Part shown: one piece after another, positions 1 to 17,100 of the stretch
Numbering within the stretch: the stretch's first letter is position 1
How the letters are laid out: each line of letters begins with the position of its first letter
DNA from: the human T2T-CHM13v2.0 reference genome, Homo sapiens
NCBI RefSeq assembly: GCF_009914755.1
Contig: NC_060926.1
Reading direction: 5' to 3' (one strand)
DNA length: 64,000 nt
The notes under the pieces: model-generated
What the model was told of the DNA's origin: nothing
The model's database searches: none
The model's input: only the letters and a program-made list of their open reading frames with translations
Translations under genes and position numbers: made by a program

Positions 1-1846
1 GAAGACCCCTAACCATTAGGGTTACATCAGGGTGACAATTCTCTCACCTGATATTTTATATTCTGGGCCTTAACTTCGCAGTTCATAGTCTACCTGAATA
101 GTAGAGCTTGCAAGTTTCTCACGTTGCAGATGAGAAAAACCAGTCCAGAGTGGTTAGGTGACTTTGTCAATGGTGGGACTTTGCTCCTCACTGCTTGTCA
201 GGACCCTGTGCAAGTCTTCCTGAGATGACACAAGTGGGAACCAGCTCAGGAAGAATGATGAATGGCCCAAGACAGCAATGTTCTGTCTGGGCTGCTGAGG
301 CCACTTAGTGGTGAGCTGGGACCCTGGCTACTGTCTTGGTTGATCCTACAGGAGAGGCTCATGTGCCTGACCCACCTCCCAGCCATGGTTGGAAGGGATT
401 AATCAGTGGCTGGGAATGCAGCTGTGACAGCCATCCTTATTCCAGTGAGCCACCTGAGTGCACCCAGCGCTACGGCCAGATGGAAAACAACCGCTTAGGC
501 CTTAACGAGCTTGTTCAGCTATAATTCTGGGGAGTCCTGAGAGCCCTGCTAATTACCCCATTTTGTTGTCATTGTTGTTGTTTGGTTTTGCTTTGTTTTT
601 TGTTCGTTTCAGGTTTTCCTCACTGAGCAGGCCCCTGTTTTGGTTAGCTTGTCTCAGTTGTCCATACTATCACATACCAGTTTCCAGGCAGATTTCAAAT
701 AATTTGCAAATGCAGGAGTACGAGACTGTGTTTGTAGTTGGCTGGATTCGAGCCTTCCTCAATTTGCCTGAATGGCTTCCATTTTTAACCCAGAGAGCAC
801 ACTTCTCTTTCTAATCCATTCTAGCACCTGTTACAACCTACCCAAGGCACTGGAGGAGAGAGGAGACAGATTTTCTTTTATCCACAAAACGTAACTCCCT
901 GGTTAGGCAATGAAAAAAGCACCAGGCTCTTTTGAGGTCAGGAGGATGAGGTGTAGTGCCCCGTCACAGGCTTTTCTGAAAAACAGTACGTGAAACACTG
1001 CCTGCTGGCCCTATCATAAAAGTGAAATGAAAAGTTGGACTGTGTTCACATGACAGTAAGTTCAAGGTACACCCTACCCTACCCACTCCAAGGCCTAAAA
1101 AAGGGGAAATTCCTGTGCTCTAAATTTGCTACAAGTGGGATGTATGAATGAAACAGAGTACCAAACAGACGAGCAAGTTCTGGGTGGCTGATGGTCTGCA
1201 GTTGGTGATGGACACCACGAAATCATGCTCCAGAGACCACCCACCTTCCTGGGGCAAGGCCTGGGGTCGCACTCTGGAGATGAGGTCCTGCCTGTAGAAG
1301 GTGCCTGTGAAGAACTGAAAGCTCTCTGGAAGGACAGTATATTGGCCTTAGAGATCTGAGACGTGAAGCCAGGTCTAGGGTGAGAGGGGACTGACAGAAG
1401 GCATGGAGCTCATTCGTGAAGTGATCTAATATTGCCATTTTACAGGTAAGGAAGCTGAGGCCCAGAGAGATGAAGCCAATTGCCTAAAGTCACACAGTTT
1501 GGAATAGATGTAGAAACAAAATCCAGATCTCTTGCTTCCTAAGCCAGGACTCTTTGCAGGAAAAAAGCCAGTAGCAGGAGGTGGTGTGAGAAGCTGAGGT
1601 GAGATGGGAGTTCCCAAGGCTGCTAAAGAGGCTCTGAAAGGAAAGTAGTCAGATACTCAAATCTGTCCTATGTTTCCCAAGGATTATCACAGCTTATAGA
1701 GTAGTGAAAAGTGACCCCTACCCCCAAGAAATTGAATTTTGCTTCAAGGGTAAGGAAAACATCAGAAAAAGAGAAGGGTCATATTCTATTTCTGTATGTA
1801 TGCATGTATGTATGTATGTATGTATGTATGTATGTATGTATATATA

Positions 1847-1962
1847 TAGAGATGAGGTCTCCCTGTTACCCAGGCTGGTCTTGAACTCCTGGGCTCAAGC
1901 AATCCTCCTGGCTCAGTCTCCCAAAGTGCTGGGATTACAGGCATGAACCACTACACCTGGCC
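1847..1962 (-). mobile_element. Alu monomer (FLAM) with a (TATG)n tail at ~1793-1840
   Basis: Alu left-arm sequence only; the tail has become a microsatellite. Confidence 0.85.
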
Positions 1963-4324
1963 TCAATTTAGTTAGCTGCCTGGCAAAAGAGAAGGGCTGA
2001 AATGAAGCACTCTCAGGTGAACGTGGAAGCTGTCTGCAAACACAGTAGTCTTCTGGAATCATTACAGACAGTAGAGATCTATAGAAATGCTTCCAGCAGA
2101 AAGTCTGTTGAAAGGGAGCAGAGACAGATTTATCATCTGTGGCACCTAAAAATGACATAATTATGCTAAGACAGGGACCAAGAACCAACGTTGCCAGGCA
2201 TGCCCACTGGCTACCCTGCAAACAGGCACTGGTTTGAAGAGATGGCTCACCCACGGGTCCTGGGATTTTCCATCTTGTGGAGGACTGTTCACTTCCATGA
2301 AATGGGGAAGGACAAGGTTCTAAGGGGCCTTCCAAGATCGGTCAAGTGATGAGACTATGGACACTGAGAAGACATGGGGTGGGGATAATGAGGAGGATGG
2401 GGATGCAGGACCCCAAGTTTCCCTAAGTCTATTGGACCTCCATACCCTGAACCAGGGCCCTGAGCAGTCCACATGGGGGAGGGACAGTGCATGTATTTGG
2501 CTCCCTGGTGGACAGGAGGTCAAGTCCAACGGGCTGAATAGCAGAACCTGCTGCAGAGCTGGGGCTTGCTGCATCTGCCTGTTTCACTGAAGCTGAGGGA
2601 AAGGGCACTCGATTCTGAAGTTCTGCAGACGTTCTACTGGGGTGTCTGTGGTTCTGTGAAGTACATGACATTGTCTTCACAGCCATATCCTCCAGTTTCT
2701 GGTCTTCTCCCTCCCACCCACACTCCCAAGAAGATGAACATTTCACTTCGTCCACTAAATGACCCATAAGTTAATATGGGAGTTCCAGGTGGTAGAGGAC
2801 ACCAAGGTCAAGTGTCACCTGGGTCTCAAGGGAGGAAAGGTGCTAAGAATGGCCCGGCTCTGCTGTAGGTAAATTTCTCTCCATCTCACTCCACCAACCT
2901 CCTCATCCCCCTGCATTCTAGATATATGCTGCAGTCACAAACAGCTCTTGAATCTCAGGGACTTAAAACAACAAAGTTTATTTCTTGCTTGTCGCTTCAT
3001 GTCCCTCTCAGGTGGGTAGAGGGTGCTGAGCTCCTCATCATCCTCACTCCAATCCAAGCTGATGGAGACTCCATCATGGGCACCAGTCACCCTGGCGTAA
3101 GCACTTAACACGTGGGCCTAGTGTTTCTTATGATGAAATCTGTTTTCTCCCATGATGTAGTTCTTTTGAAGATGGCATAATCAGGGACAGAAAGAATGAG
3201 AATTCTCATTACAGGGCAGTAAAAAGGCCAAATAATAAAGATTTGGGAAACCGATTCCCAATTTTAAAACTGCCAGTTACTAGCTATGTGACCCGGGGTA
3301 ATTCATACACTCTGTGAACAGTTTCTGCGGCCTTATCTATAAAATCAGCAACATTGATTTGGGTCATGTGAGTGTGCTTTAAGATGTAGGCTTTGTCATC
3401 AGGCATAATAAACTTTGGCCCTCAATTTATGGATGGTTTTCAGGTCATTGACAGTGAGCCCAGTCATCCAGGCTCTGGCCCAAGCAGGACTCAGGCCCCT
3501 GTCCATTCCCTGGTGAGAGGAGCCAGGTGGTAGCTTTGTGGGGGTCCTCAGACTCACACTACACTTCAGGTGGTCAATGCGCATTCCTGTAGTCATTGCA
3601 TCCTATGGCCTCTGGTCTCAGAAGGGCTCGGTTTCCGGAGGAAACATTTAAAAAGTGCCTCTGCTTGTCAAACACCACTTTGAGACCTTCAGAGAGCATG
3701 AATGCAAGACTTCCTCTTTTCTGCTCTTTATCTGAATTGCAAAGGGCAGCTCCTGTTTCCAAGAGCTCATGGTTTGATACGGATCACACAGCCTGTGCCC
3801 TCCTGACAGGCTCCCCCTGTATCTGCCAGCAGGCCACCTTCTGAAGCACTAAGATGCCCAGTCCAGTCTTTTCTGACAGACTCTTGCCTGGACAAGAAGG
3901 ACTGACAAGCTTCCTATAAGCATTTGATAAAGCAGAAGATTGTTTTTTAATCACACCGTTGAAAATAGACAGTCTCAAACATTGCTGGTAGAAGCATGCA
4001 TTGATTCAGGCTTGCTGGCAGGCCATTTGGCAAAATGTATCAAAAGCATTAAAAATGCATATGCCATTTGAGCCAGGAATTCCATTTCTAGGAACTTACC
4101 CTAAGGAAACAGTCTAAGATTGAGGTGCCAGGGAATTCATTACATCCTTATTTAGAATGGGGGAAAAAAACTGGAAACAACCTCAATGAGGAGAGCAATG
4201 TTAATAAATAAATGTGATCATAAGATGGAATTCTGGGCTGCCACAACAAGTGACATTCCCAAAACACTAAAGAGAAAGACAGAAGAAAAAAGCAGTATGA
4301 TACAATACAATCCTATTTTTAAAA

Positions 4325-4637
<313 letters not shown>

Positions 4638-5012
4638 AAAATCCCATTTTTATAAAACAGTATGAAGGACATATTTCAAGAGGTGATGGGAATTGTATTG
4701 TCTTCCTTTCGTTTCTCAGCACTTCCTAATTTTTCTGTAGAAAATGTAAATCCATCCAATCTTCCAAAAAGTAGATTGACCAATCTATTACAAGTAGTAG
4801 TTTTATTGAGTAACTACTAGGTAGTTTATTGAGGAACTACTAAGTATCAAGCACTCTGCTGGGTCAGTACTGAGAGATGAGATTCCTGTTCACCAGAACT
4901 TTTCTGTTTATTACTACTTGTGTGATTTTTTAAAATTATTTTTTCAGTTGTACCAGTTAGGTATTTTTTCAGTCTAGAATCCAGGGAGTGAGTTATATCA
5001 GAGGCTTTCAAA

Positions 5013-6917
<1,905 letters not shown>

Positions 6918-7251
6918 ATACCAGAGGACTCTGGATCCTCTGCATCGAGCCTGCAGATATAGGAAGAATGAGTGAGAACTCAGAGGTCTCCTGGGCAGTT
7001 TCTCTGGGGCCGGGCCTGAAAGCAGTATATATCATTTCTGCCCATATTCCACTATTCAGAGCTTAGCTACATGGCCCCACCTACCTATGAGAGAGGTTGG
7101 AACCATATAGTCTACCTACATGTCCAGAAGGAAAAGGAAAAGGGAAGGAGGTTTAGTGAACACAGAACAGTCTTTACCTCCATTTTCCAGCCCCATATCC
7201 TCTACTCCTGTTTTTAGTTTTCTCTAGCCTACTGTCATTTAGCCAACAATA

Positions 7252-7474
7252 CAGGGGCTGACAAACAATGGCCTAAGGGCCAAATCCAGCCCATGGCCTG
7301 TTTTCATACATAAAGTTTTCACTGAGGCTCAGCCATGCCCATGTGTTTACTTACTGTCTATGTTGCTTTCATACTATAATGGAGCAGCTGAATTGTTTTG
7401 ACAGAGCCCATGTGGCCTGCAAAGCCGAAACTATTTACTCTCTGGATCTTTACAGAAAAAAATTTGCCAACTCT
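7252..7474. mobile_element. MER58A (hAT-Charlie)
   Basis: CAGGGGCTGACAAAC...GGCCAAATCCAGCCC...TTTACAGAAAAAAATTTGCCAAC. Confidence 0.75.
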
Positions 7475-8614
7475 ACAAAACTACATCAGCTTTCCAAATA
7501 AGAGTGCACAATCTCTCCTGACTGTGTCTTTTCCTCTTCTGTTTTTGCCCCTCGCGGGCCACCTGCTGCCCCGGGTAAACCATCAGGTGAGACAGCCTCT
7601 GGAGAATGGCTCCAATGTGCTAAGGAAGAACTTGGCTGCTCATTTATTCCTGAGGTTCACTGGGTTTGGTCATTTTTGTAAAATTGCTGAAAGTTTTATG
7701 TTCTAAAGTCTAAGGATACTCTTTCTGAATTATTTTTTTTCTTATTCAACTTCCAGATGATGTTCTCATATTCACCTGGAAGTGCCATATAAGTTTTCAG
7801 CTAATGGAACAGAAAGCAAACAAGATGAGTGTGGTCAATTAAAGAATAAAAAATGGGTTAGAGAAAGAGCAAAAATTGGAAAGAGATGAGCAATGTTACC
7901 ACAAGTCTCACAACCTACAACACCAACCCTACCCCCTCTAATACCTTGTTGTTACTAAAAAAAGACTGTGAAATAGGATTTATTGCATACATTGTGCTAT
8001 CTTTGTAAATTCAGAGATTACATGTAATTTAGACCATTTTAATTAACAAGGATTATATGTTGCTTCATTGTCCTTTATTACGTATATAATGTCATAAACT
8101 TTGCTGCATGATCAAAGGTTCTTGGATTCTGTTTTAAATAAAGATTTTGAGACTTCAAAAGAACCTACCTCCCCTCTCAGATGGCTTCTTCTAGCCTAGA
8201 GTTCCTATGATTCACAGCAACCCCATCCAACCCCCAGTGGCTCTGCCCAGCCCTTCTGTGGTGTTTCTAAGCACATAGGTCTGGTTTCAAAAAGAACCCA
8301 CACCTCCCCGCCCTTCCTGGAGCTCAGAAAATGAGCTTCCAGCCTCCAGGTTTGCTGGCCTCTGCCAGAGCCCATGCCCTGTGGGCACATGTGCCTGAAG
8401 GAAGCCGGGCCCCTGGTGGAGGTGCCTTGCTAGGGGGGAGAGGGCATGGATCATATGGTAAGGCGGTGGGTGAGCCACCCTCTCAAGCCACAAAGAGACA
8501 CTGGGGATGGGGCTGGAAGATTTGCAGACTCTTCTGGGCCTCACCGGAAAGTGCGGCTCTAGCCCCCAAGCATGTAAGGACTTTTTTCCCCTAGGCATTC
8601 AGAGGCTTTTTCAG

Positions 8615-9071
8615 TGTAAGGAACATGGCTATGCTTCGGTCAGCGATAGCCCCAGGTAAACACCGAGAGTGATTCAGCAAGTTTAGAGCATAGGTGTATT
8701 ACTCCACTTGTCATCACATCCATGTAGCCATAGCATGGGAAGGCTCATCATTTGGCTCTAAGCCACTATTGTCTGTAAAAGGTATAATTGCCCTGCTGAC
8801 ACTGTATAGGCCCGCTCATGCCCAGACAGAGAAAGAGTTAAGCTGCTGACCCTGAAGGGAAAGCCAGCAGCGCAGCTGTGCATGGGAGCAGCCAGATCAA
8901 GCAGCTGAGACAGAGCAGACCGTGTAAGAGAGCTGCTGATGAGAGAGCTGCTGAATAAAGCTGTATCTCACCTACCTACAGCTCCTTAAGTGTTCTTTCA
9001 GCTATCTGCCATTCATCCACCCACTCCCTTCAGACCTCAGCATGGGCTGCAGCCTAACCCTAGACCTGACA
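8615..9071 (+). mobile_element. Solo ERVL LTR (LTR32-like)
   Basis: TG...CA ends (TGTAAGGAACATGG ... CCTGACA), internal AATAAA, and a perfect 5-bp TSD TTCAG (8610-8614, 9072-9076). Confidence 0.8.
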
Positions 9072-10179
9072 TTCAGGAAACTCCCTTTTCCATGAATCAC
9101 TGAGCCCCTCTGAGACTAGAGCTTCCAGTTGCTCCTCTTGAGATCAGCAATCAGGGCAAACAATCAGCCAAAGCGCCCGCCTCTGCCTGCCACTTTCAAG
9201 GGCCCTGCTAGCATGTAAGCTCCATGGAGACAGGGACCTTTGTCTCATTGCTGATGGATTCTAGGACAGTCCCTGGTACTTATCAGGTGCTCAATAAATA
9301 TTTGTTGAACAAATGGCTCTTAGATGATGTACTTGGAAACGGCTCTCTGCTTACTAGTGTCCTTTTAGCACTATGGCATTTTTATTTCTTAGGAAAAAAA
9401 AGCTTTTATTTAGGTAAAATTTATACACAGACAAATGCAAAGGTATTCCTTAGCACAATTTGATGAGCTTTGACAAATGTATTACCTCTGCAACCAATCA
9501 ATATTTGTAATATTTCCGTCATCATTTTCAAGAAAACAACACCTTTTGTTGCTTAGTTTGGGGCCTTTCCTCACTTTAGAGTTCTTGTCTTATTTTACTC
9601 TACGATAAGGACTCGGCTGCCTTCACCTTCCAAGGTGTCCCAAGGTATAAGCTCAGTGAGGCTGGGATGCTCCCCAGAGGCAGGCAACTAAATAAACATT
9701 GAAGTATGCACACCTGGACGGTCTGAAGGTAAAGCCTTCAGATGCACGGAGAGGCACCTGCCCTGTTTCTGAGTGCAGCGCTGGGTTCAGAAACATGGAG
9801 AGAAGATCCTGGGTGGAAAAGCAGAAGAGGCTTCCTAAGTTGAAGAAAGGACAGGGTCAGGGTTTGAGAAAGGCCAGACAATGAGACACAGAAAGATCAC
9901 AATTTTGTCTCAGGTCAGATCTACTATTCTTACAAACAAAAGGATTTCCTTCTTGATCATTTCAGTGACTAAATAGCATGTTTCATCTCCACACCAAAAC
10001 CCACACCCCAGGTTTACAAGTGAGCACAGTGTCTTGTACCCAGTAAATGTTCAACAAATGATTCTAGGGTGGAATTTATTGAACACCTATCTTATCTCAT
10101 GGTACAGCTGCACCTGACCCAATTAACTGCAACTCAAAGGACCCTGCAGGAAATGGGCTAAAAGCTGGAACCCATCAAT

Positions 10180-10420
10180 AGCATCATGATCAAGAACACA
10201 GATTCTGGAGTCAGGTTGACTGGGTTCAAATTCCAGCACTACCACTAGATTTGTAACTGTGTGCATGTCATTTAACCTCTCTGTTCCTTAGTGTCCCATC
10301 TGTAAAGCAGAGCTGATGAGAAGGATGAGCTTCTTATTAGGATTAACCAAGATGATGCACATAAAAAGCATAGCACGTGCCTAGCATATATGCGTGCTCA
10401 GTAAGGGTCAGCTGTCATGA
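10180..10420 (+). mobile_element. MIR
   Basis: CTGGGTTCAAATTCCAGC...TTTAACCTCTCTG...CATCTGTAAA core. Other MIRs at ~1.43, 14.55, 20.0, 23.5 and 56.2 kb. Confidence 0.7.
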
Positions 10421-10820
10421 TTCACAACTCTGAGAATAGGGTGAGCCTCACAAAAACACACCTAGCTGCAGGAGCTTAGCAAAAATTATCTAATCCATTC
10501 TGGAGCCAAGCTGCAATATTGGTAGGATGTGGCCTCGGTGGGGCATGCACAGTCCCAGCAGACAAGGAGCCTTGGAGAGTCTGACAGGAGGCTGCGGAAC
10601 ACCCCAAGGAGCAAGGACAGAAAACTTTGGAATTCAGAGATGGTAGAGATTGAAGGATAGCCTGGGAGAAATCCTTAACGTGAAAATGGAAGTTAAAAAT
10701 AGATGACTTGTCTCAGCAATGAGAAGGCAGATGTTATGCCTTCAAAACTCATATGTCCAATTTCTTCCCCCAATTTTTTGTTCTTACCCCAATTTTGTGT
10801 GTGTGTGTGTGTGTGTGTGG

Positions 10821-11191
<371 letters not shown>

Positions 11192-12761
11192 TAAGGGATT
11201 ATCACAATTAACAAAGAATATTGAAAATACAAATAGGAGGAAAAAGAATTTACAATGTATGTTCATGTTAGTGGGCCCCGCTACAACGTAATTCCAGCTC
11301 TGTAAATTGGATTGATACTGAAATGCAGCTGCAAGTTGGTCCGGACTGTGAGAGCTAGGGTCTGGAAAACTGGGCATCACTGCAACCCTAGATCACAGCA
11401 ATGCAGGGAGGGAGAGAGGCACATCTTCGATGAGAAGCTGGTTCCAAGTTTTTTTTTTTTCTTTTTCAGGCCACTTTCTCAACATCATGATTATTAATTA
11501 TCCTTCTCTATAGTACCTATTACAAGGATCCCCTCCAGGGAAAAAGCAGTTGACCTTTAAAAAATGTAGTCTTTAAAAGGTTTAGACCCATGACTCTTCC
11601 CTCTGTGATGTTCTGAAAATGCTTCCCTCAGCAGTTCAGCTGTGACCCACATGGCACAAATAACATTTCAGGGAAATTACTTGTCTCTGTCTCCGAAACT
11701 AGGCCTTTACATCTTCTAGTCTCTGTCATGATTTCTTTTGTTCAGCTGATGAGAACTCTATCTTGTTCTCTTGTTCAACCATCTTGGTGAAGGCATCAGA
11801 GTTCCACCTGTCCATTTGCTGATACAGCTCCCTGGGATATAGCTCAAGAAGCCAAGGCTGAGCTTTCCTGCTCCTTGATGTGGAGGCCCAGGATACTCTC
11901 TCTCAGAAATAAAATTCCTGGTTATCTTACTTCACTGGGATGGGCAGCCCTCTTCAATAAACAAGAGCTGTCACAGCGCCTTTGGAAGCAGGTGGCACTG
12001 CCCCCTCCCTGGCAGGCTTAGCCTTTGGTTAGCACAGAAGCAGTTTGACTTGAAGACTGAAGAAGGGATTCCTTCCCAGGGGACTTGTTCATCTGGCAGC
12101 AGGTCTGGTTAGAAATTTACCTGTTGGCACAGAAATAAAAGAACAGAGTAATTCGGTGAAAGCATTACAATCAACAGGTCAGCCCTTTCTGAGTGAAGGC
12201 CTGATGTTGGAGTCATCACACCCCACCAGCAGGAACGAGCTGGCCTATTATCAGATAAAAACAATTAACTGCCTGCCAGGAGGCAGCACGCTGCTGTGGA
12301 ATGAATGTCCTTCGCTTGTGTCCCAGCGCTGCCACTTCCTGGATGAGTAGTCCTGAGCAAGTGATGTCAACTTTCCAAGCTTCTATTTTCTTATTTGCAG
12401 AATAGAACTAACAAAACCAGCCTTGTAGGATTGGGAGGAATGATTGTGTGAGATCAGCAGTGGAAAATGGCCTGCAATGTGCTTGACACATAGTAGGCCC
12501 TCATTATTGCCAGTTTCTTCCCATGTTTCCCTTCCCTGCACTTTTCCCTCTCCTGTTGGCTCCTAGGAAAGCATGGTGAATGGGAAGAAATTAAAAGTGT
12601 GAAGAAAAAAAAGGATAATCCAGGCAGAGAGGAAAACAAACCTGGAAGGAAAAGTCTGAGGACATTCAGGCAGCCAAAACAATGATGGTATTTGTGTGTT
12701 CTAGTAAGTTCTGTGGTGGATGTCTGCTCACTTTTTCTGTCTGTCCATTGTCCTTTCTCCC

Positions 12762-13305
12762 TGTATTCGTTTTCTGCTACTGTATAGCAAATTACCCTAA
12801 AGTTTAGCAACTTAAAGCAACATAGATTTTTTTCCCCCCAGTTTCTATGGGTAAGGAGTCACCCAGCTCAGGGTCTCTCCCAAGACTGCAATCAGTGTTT
12901 GCCAGAGCTGTCTTCATCTCCATGTTCGGATAGGGAAGTATCCATTTCCAAGCTCGCTCAGTGGTTATTGGCAAGATTCAGTTCCTTGTGGACTATTGGA
13001 TTGAGGGTCTCAGTTTCTTGCTGGCTTTGGCCAGAGGCAACCCTCAGTTCCTTGCCATATGGGCCTTTCCATAAGGCAGCTCACAATGTGGGAGGTGGCT
13101 TCCTCAGAGTGAGCAAAGGGGAGAGAGAGAGAGATCACAAACTTTTGTAAAATAATCTCAGAAGTGATATCCCACCACTTTCCTCATATTCTACTCATTA
13201 AAAGTGACTTACTAGGACCATCCCACACTCACAGGGAGATTACATGCAGGCTTGATAACAGAAGGTGGTGGTGATCACTGGAGACCACCTTAGAAGGCTA
13301 TCTCA
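12762..13305 (-). mobile_element. MaLR MLT1-type LTR
   Basis: CAAATTACCCTAAAGTTTAGCAACTTAAAGCAACA and other MLT1 hallmarks. Confidence 0.65.
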
Positions 13306-13309
13306 TTGC

Positions 13310-14165
<856 letters not shown>

Positions 14166-17100
14166 AACTTAGCTACAGTTTTTGCATCTACAAAATCAAG
14201 GAGCTGAACTAAATGATTTCCATGTTTTTTTCATATTTCAAGTTCTAAGATTCTGACTTAAAATGTCTAATTTTTTACTAAGAAATAGATTTTTTTAAAA
14301 GCGAGGAAAGAGCAGGAGAAGCAGCCTGAAAGAAAAGGAATGCAGAAGAGGGAGACAGGGTCACTCCTGGGACCAGTGAGAGCCAAAGACCAACTCTGCC
14401 TGCTGCATGATTTAGACAAGACTCCCGATTTTAACTCAGGACTGTAAGAGTGCCCTGCAAAAGGACTCACGCCTCTAGTGATCCCAGGTAAGGCCCACAC
14501 ATAGGTTTCTCTGACATGCTGTTGGAGTCATGATGACACAGTAGTTGAGGGCATGGGCTTTAGAGGCTGCTGCCCCTGGATTCAATGATTATCATTTTCA
14601 TCATAGCATTTACTGAGCGTTTATGACATACCTGGAAATATCTCAAGACCCAGCCTCTTCACTTACTAGCTATGTAACCTTAGGGAAGTGACTTAACTGC
14701 CACAAGCCTCTGCTTCCTCATCTGTAAAATGGGTGTCATAATAGTTTACTTCTCACAGGGATGTTGTGAGGATTCAATGAGTCAAGAACAGTATCTGGCA
14801 CGGGCTCAAGCATCAAGAACAGTATCTGGCACGGGCTCTTCCTAAAATGTTCCTCCTTGCCTTTTACACACAGCTCAAATACCAAACATCCACAAAACTT
14901 CCCCAATTGTACTCCACCTCCTCTGTCTCCCCCGAGCACTTTGTTCCTGCCTGCTGGCTTTCTTTCTGCACACATTATTTAAGAGGTAGAATGATCAGGA
15001 TTTCTAGCTCTGTATTTCATTCACCTGCTCACAAATCTATCACCTGTGTGGCTCACCATACCTTATCTTTGGGTTCCTGAAGCGTTGGTCAATGACAAAC
15101 ACACAGGATCTCAACAAATTTAAATGGATTGAGTAAATAATATTCAGCCATCTCTCAAGATCAAAGCAGACAGTATGATCAGTAGTACGTGCCACACCTT
15201 TTGGTTTCACCACCTCAGTGAGCATTAAGGATTTTTGTCAGGCGAAACTGATGTGTGATTGTAAAGCTGCTCCTCACATGAAACCACCAATTGCTCAAGC
15301 TAAAAGTAACAATTCCTCACAGCTGGCAGGCCAGCCCATCTGCAACTGGCCGTGGAGCCTGTGTTAACGGGTGCGGTGCTGCTAGTTTGGAAGCTGACCA
15401 AAGAGACAGTAAACACAAAGGTTGCCTGGGTGCATAAATACAAAACGAGCTCCTCCTTGCCTCATCCCCGAAACAGGCCAGTCACAGCATCAGGGACTCC
15501 ACAAGTGTCTACTTGTCAGCTCCTGTCAAGTGCAACGGCAAGGACCTACCACCTTCAAGCTGCAGATATTAAGGATGAAATTGCAGGAGCTGCGGTTTTA
15601 TAAGAAGCCAAACAGTGTGTGCATTCAGAAAAAGATATTTTTCTAAGGTGAGTACATGGCAAGGTCATGTATACGGAGAGGAAACATTTCCCCACTTCTG
15701 GCTAAAAGAAAATGTGTTAAACGTGTTCACCCGGCTAACTACAGAAAGAACCTCTGGGGACAATCTGGTATGCCGCATGAGACTGACCATGTGGCACCTC
15801 ATTTCTCATTAGTGCAAATCTTAGGGAAGCAGTACAAAGTGCTTTTGAACCTATAAGGGAAATGAGACGGATAACTGGCTGGGGTGGCATGAAGTTTTCT
15901 AAGTAAATAGTGGAATAAAATGTATGAATATAATTTTTATTCCCTTGTGTTGATTAGAATTCAACTCGAGGGCATGGTAAGGCTTACAGGATCACAATGG
16001 TGATCTCTCAAATGACTGGAATTTTTTTAAAAAAAACTCTCTTATTCTCAATTCCTCTTCTCTATCTGTGTGTTTTTATTAATTCACTCATTTATTTATT
16101 TGTACCCTATGCCATTCCTGAACGCAATGCAGCCTTATGCTCTGCAGGCACTGGGGAACTGACAATGGCTTTTGAGCAGGGCAACTACATGATCAGACAT
16201 GAATTTTAGATGATCTGGAATCAGCGTTGAGGATGGAACTAGAGAAGACAGAGGTTGGTAGTCCTCCAGATGAGTCCTGACTAGATACCATGAAGGAGAG
16301 AAGACACATTATTTAAGAGGCAGAATGATCAGGATTTCTTGACTGGGTGACTGTGGACAGTAGCAAAACAGTGAAAAAATAACTAGAAAGTGACTTTTTC
16401 CATGACTTTGTGAATGATGACACTAACTCAAGCAGATTGACAATATAGGAAGTGGACCAGTTTTGGAGTATGGGTAGTAGAAAGCTCGAGGAAGTGCTTT
16501 AGAGAAAGGCACCATATAATGATGCTAAGATTTCAATTCTCTGTCAAGTTGCCAGTGCAGGTGACAGAACATGTGGCTAATGAAGGTCTACTCTTGCTCC
16601 CTGTGGGCTGATTGCCAGCTGCACCCTTTGAAGTTGTCCTACATCCTCATCATGCCTGATGGTGACCGCTAGGCTCACTAGAGGAACTTTGAGAGAGTGT
16701 GGAAATGGAACAGTACAAGCCCAGAGACATCCTTAGGGACCCAGCCAGAAGGCCTCTCCTACCGATGGGATGGTGGGATTGGAGCAGTGCCAGTTTTGCT
16801 TCTTCTTAATTTTTGAAGGGTGGGCAGAAATCTATTGCCAGTGGAACACTGAGTATGCAAGGGTAGATGACCTCACAACTAGGGTGACTGTCCTCAGGCC
16901 CTGCCTTGAGTACTGTCTCCCAGTCTGTCTTCACAGCTCGAGGAATGGATCAGGGAGAAGAATCCTCCTTTCCAATCATCCTAGTCTCTCTCTTTCCCCC
17001 CAGACACCTTCTATCTATCTCGGAGCCTCTGCTGCTCTTTCTGTATCCCTGGAATGACTTCCTTTTCTACACTGGGTGAGTCTCTGAGCTGGGATACTTC

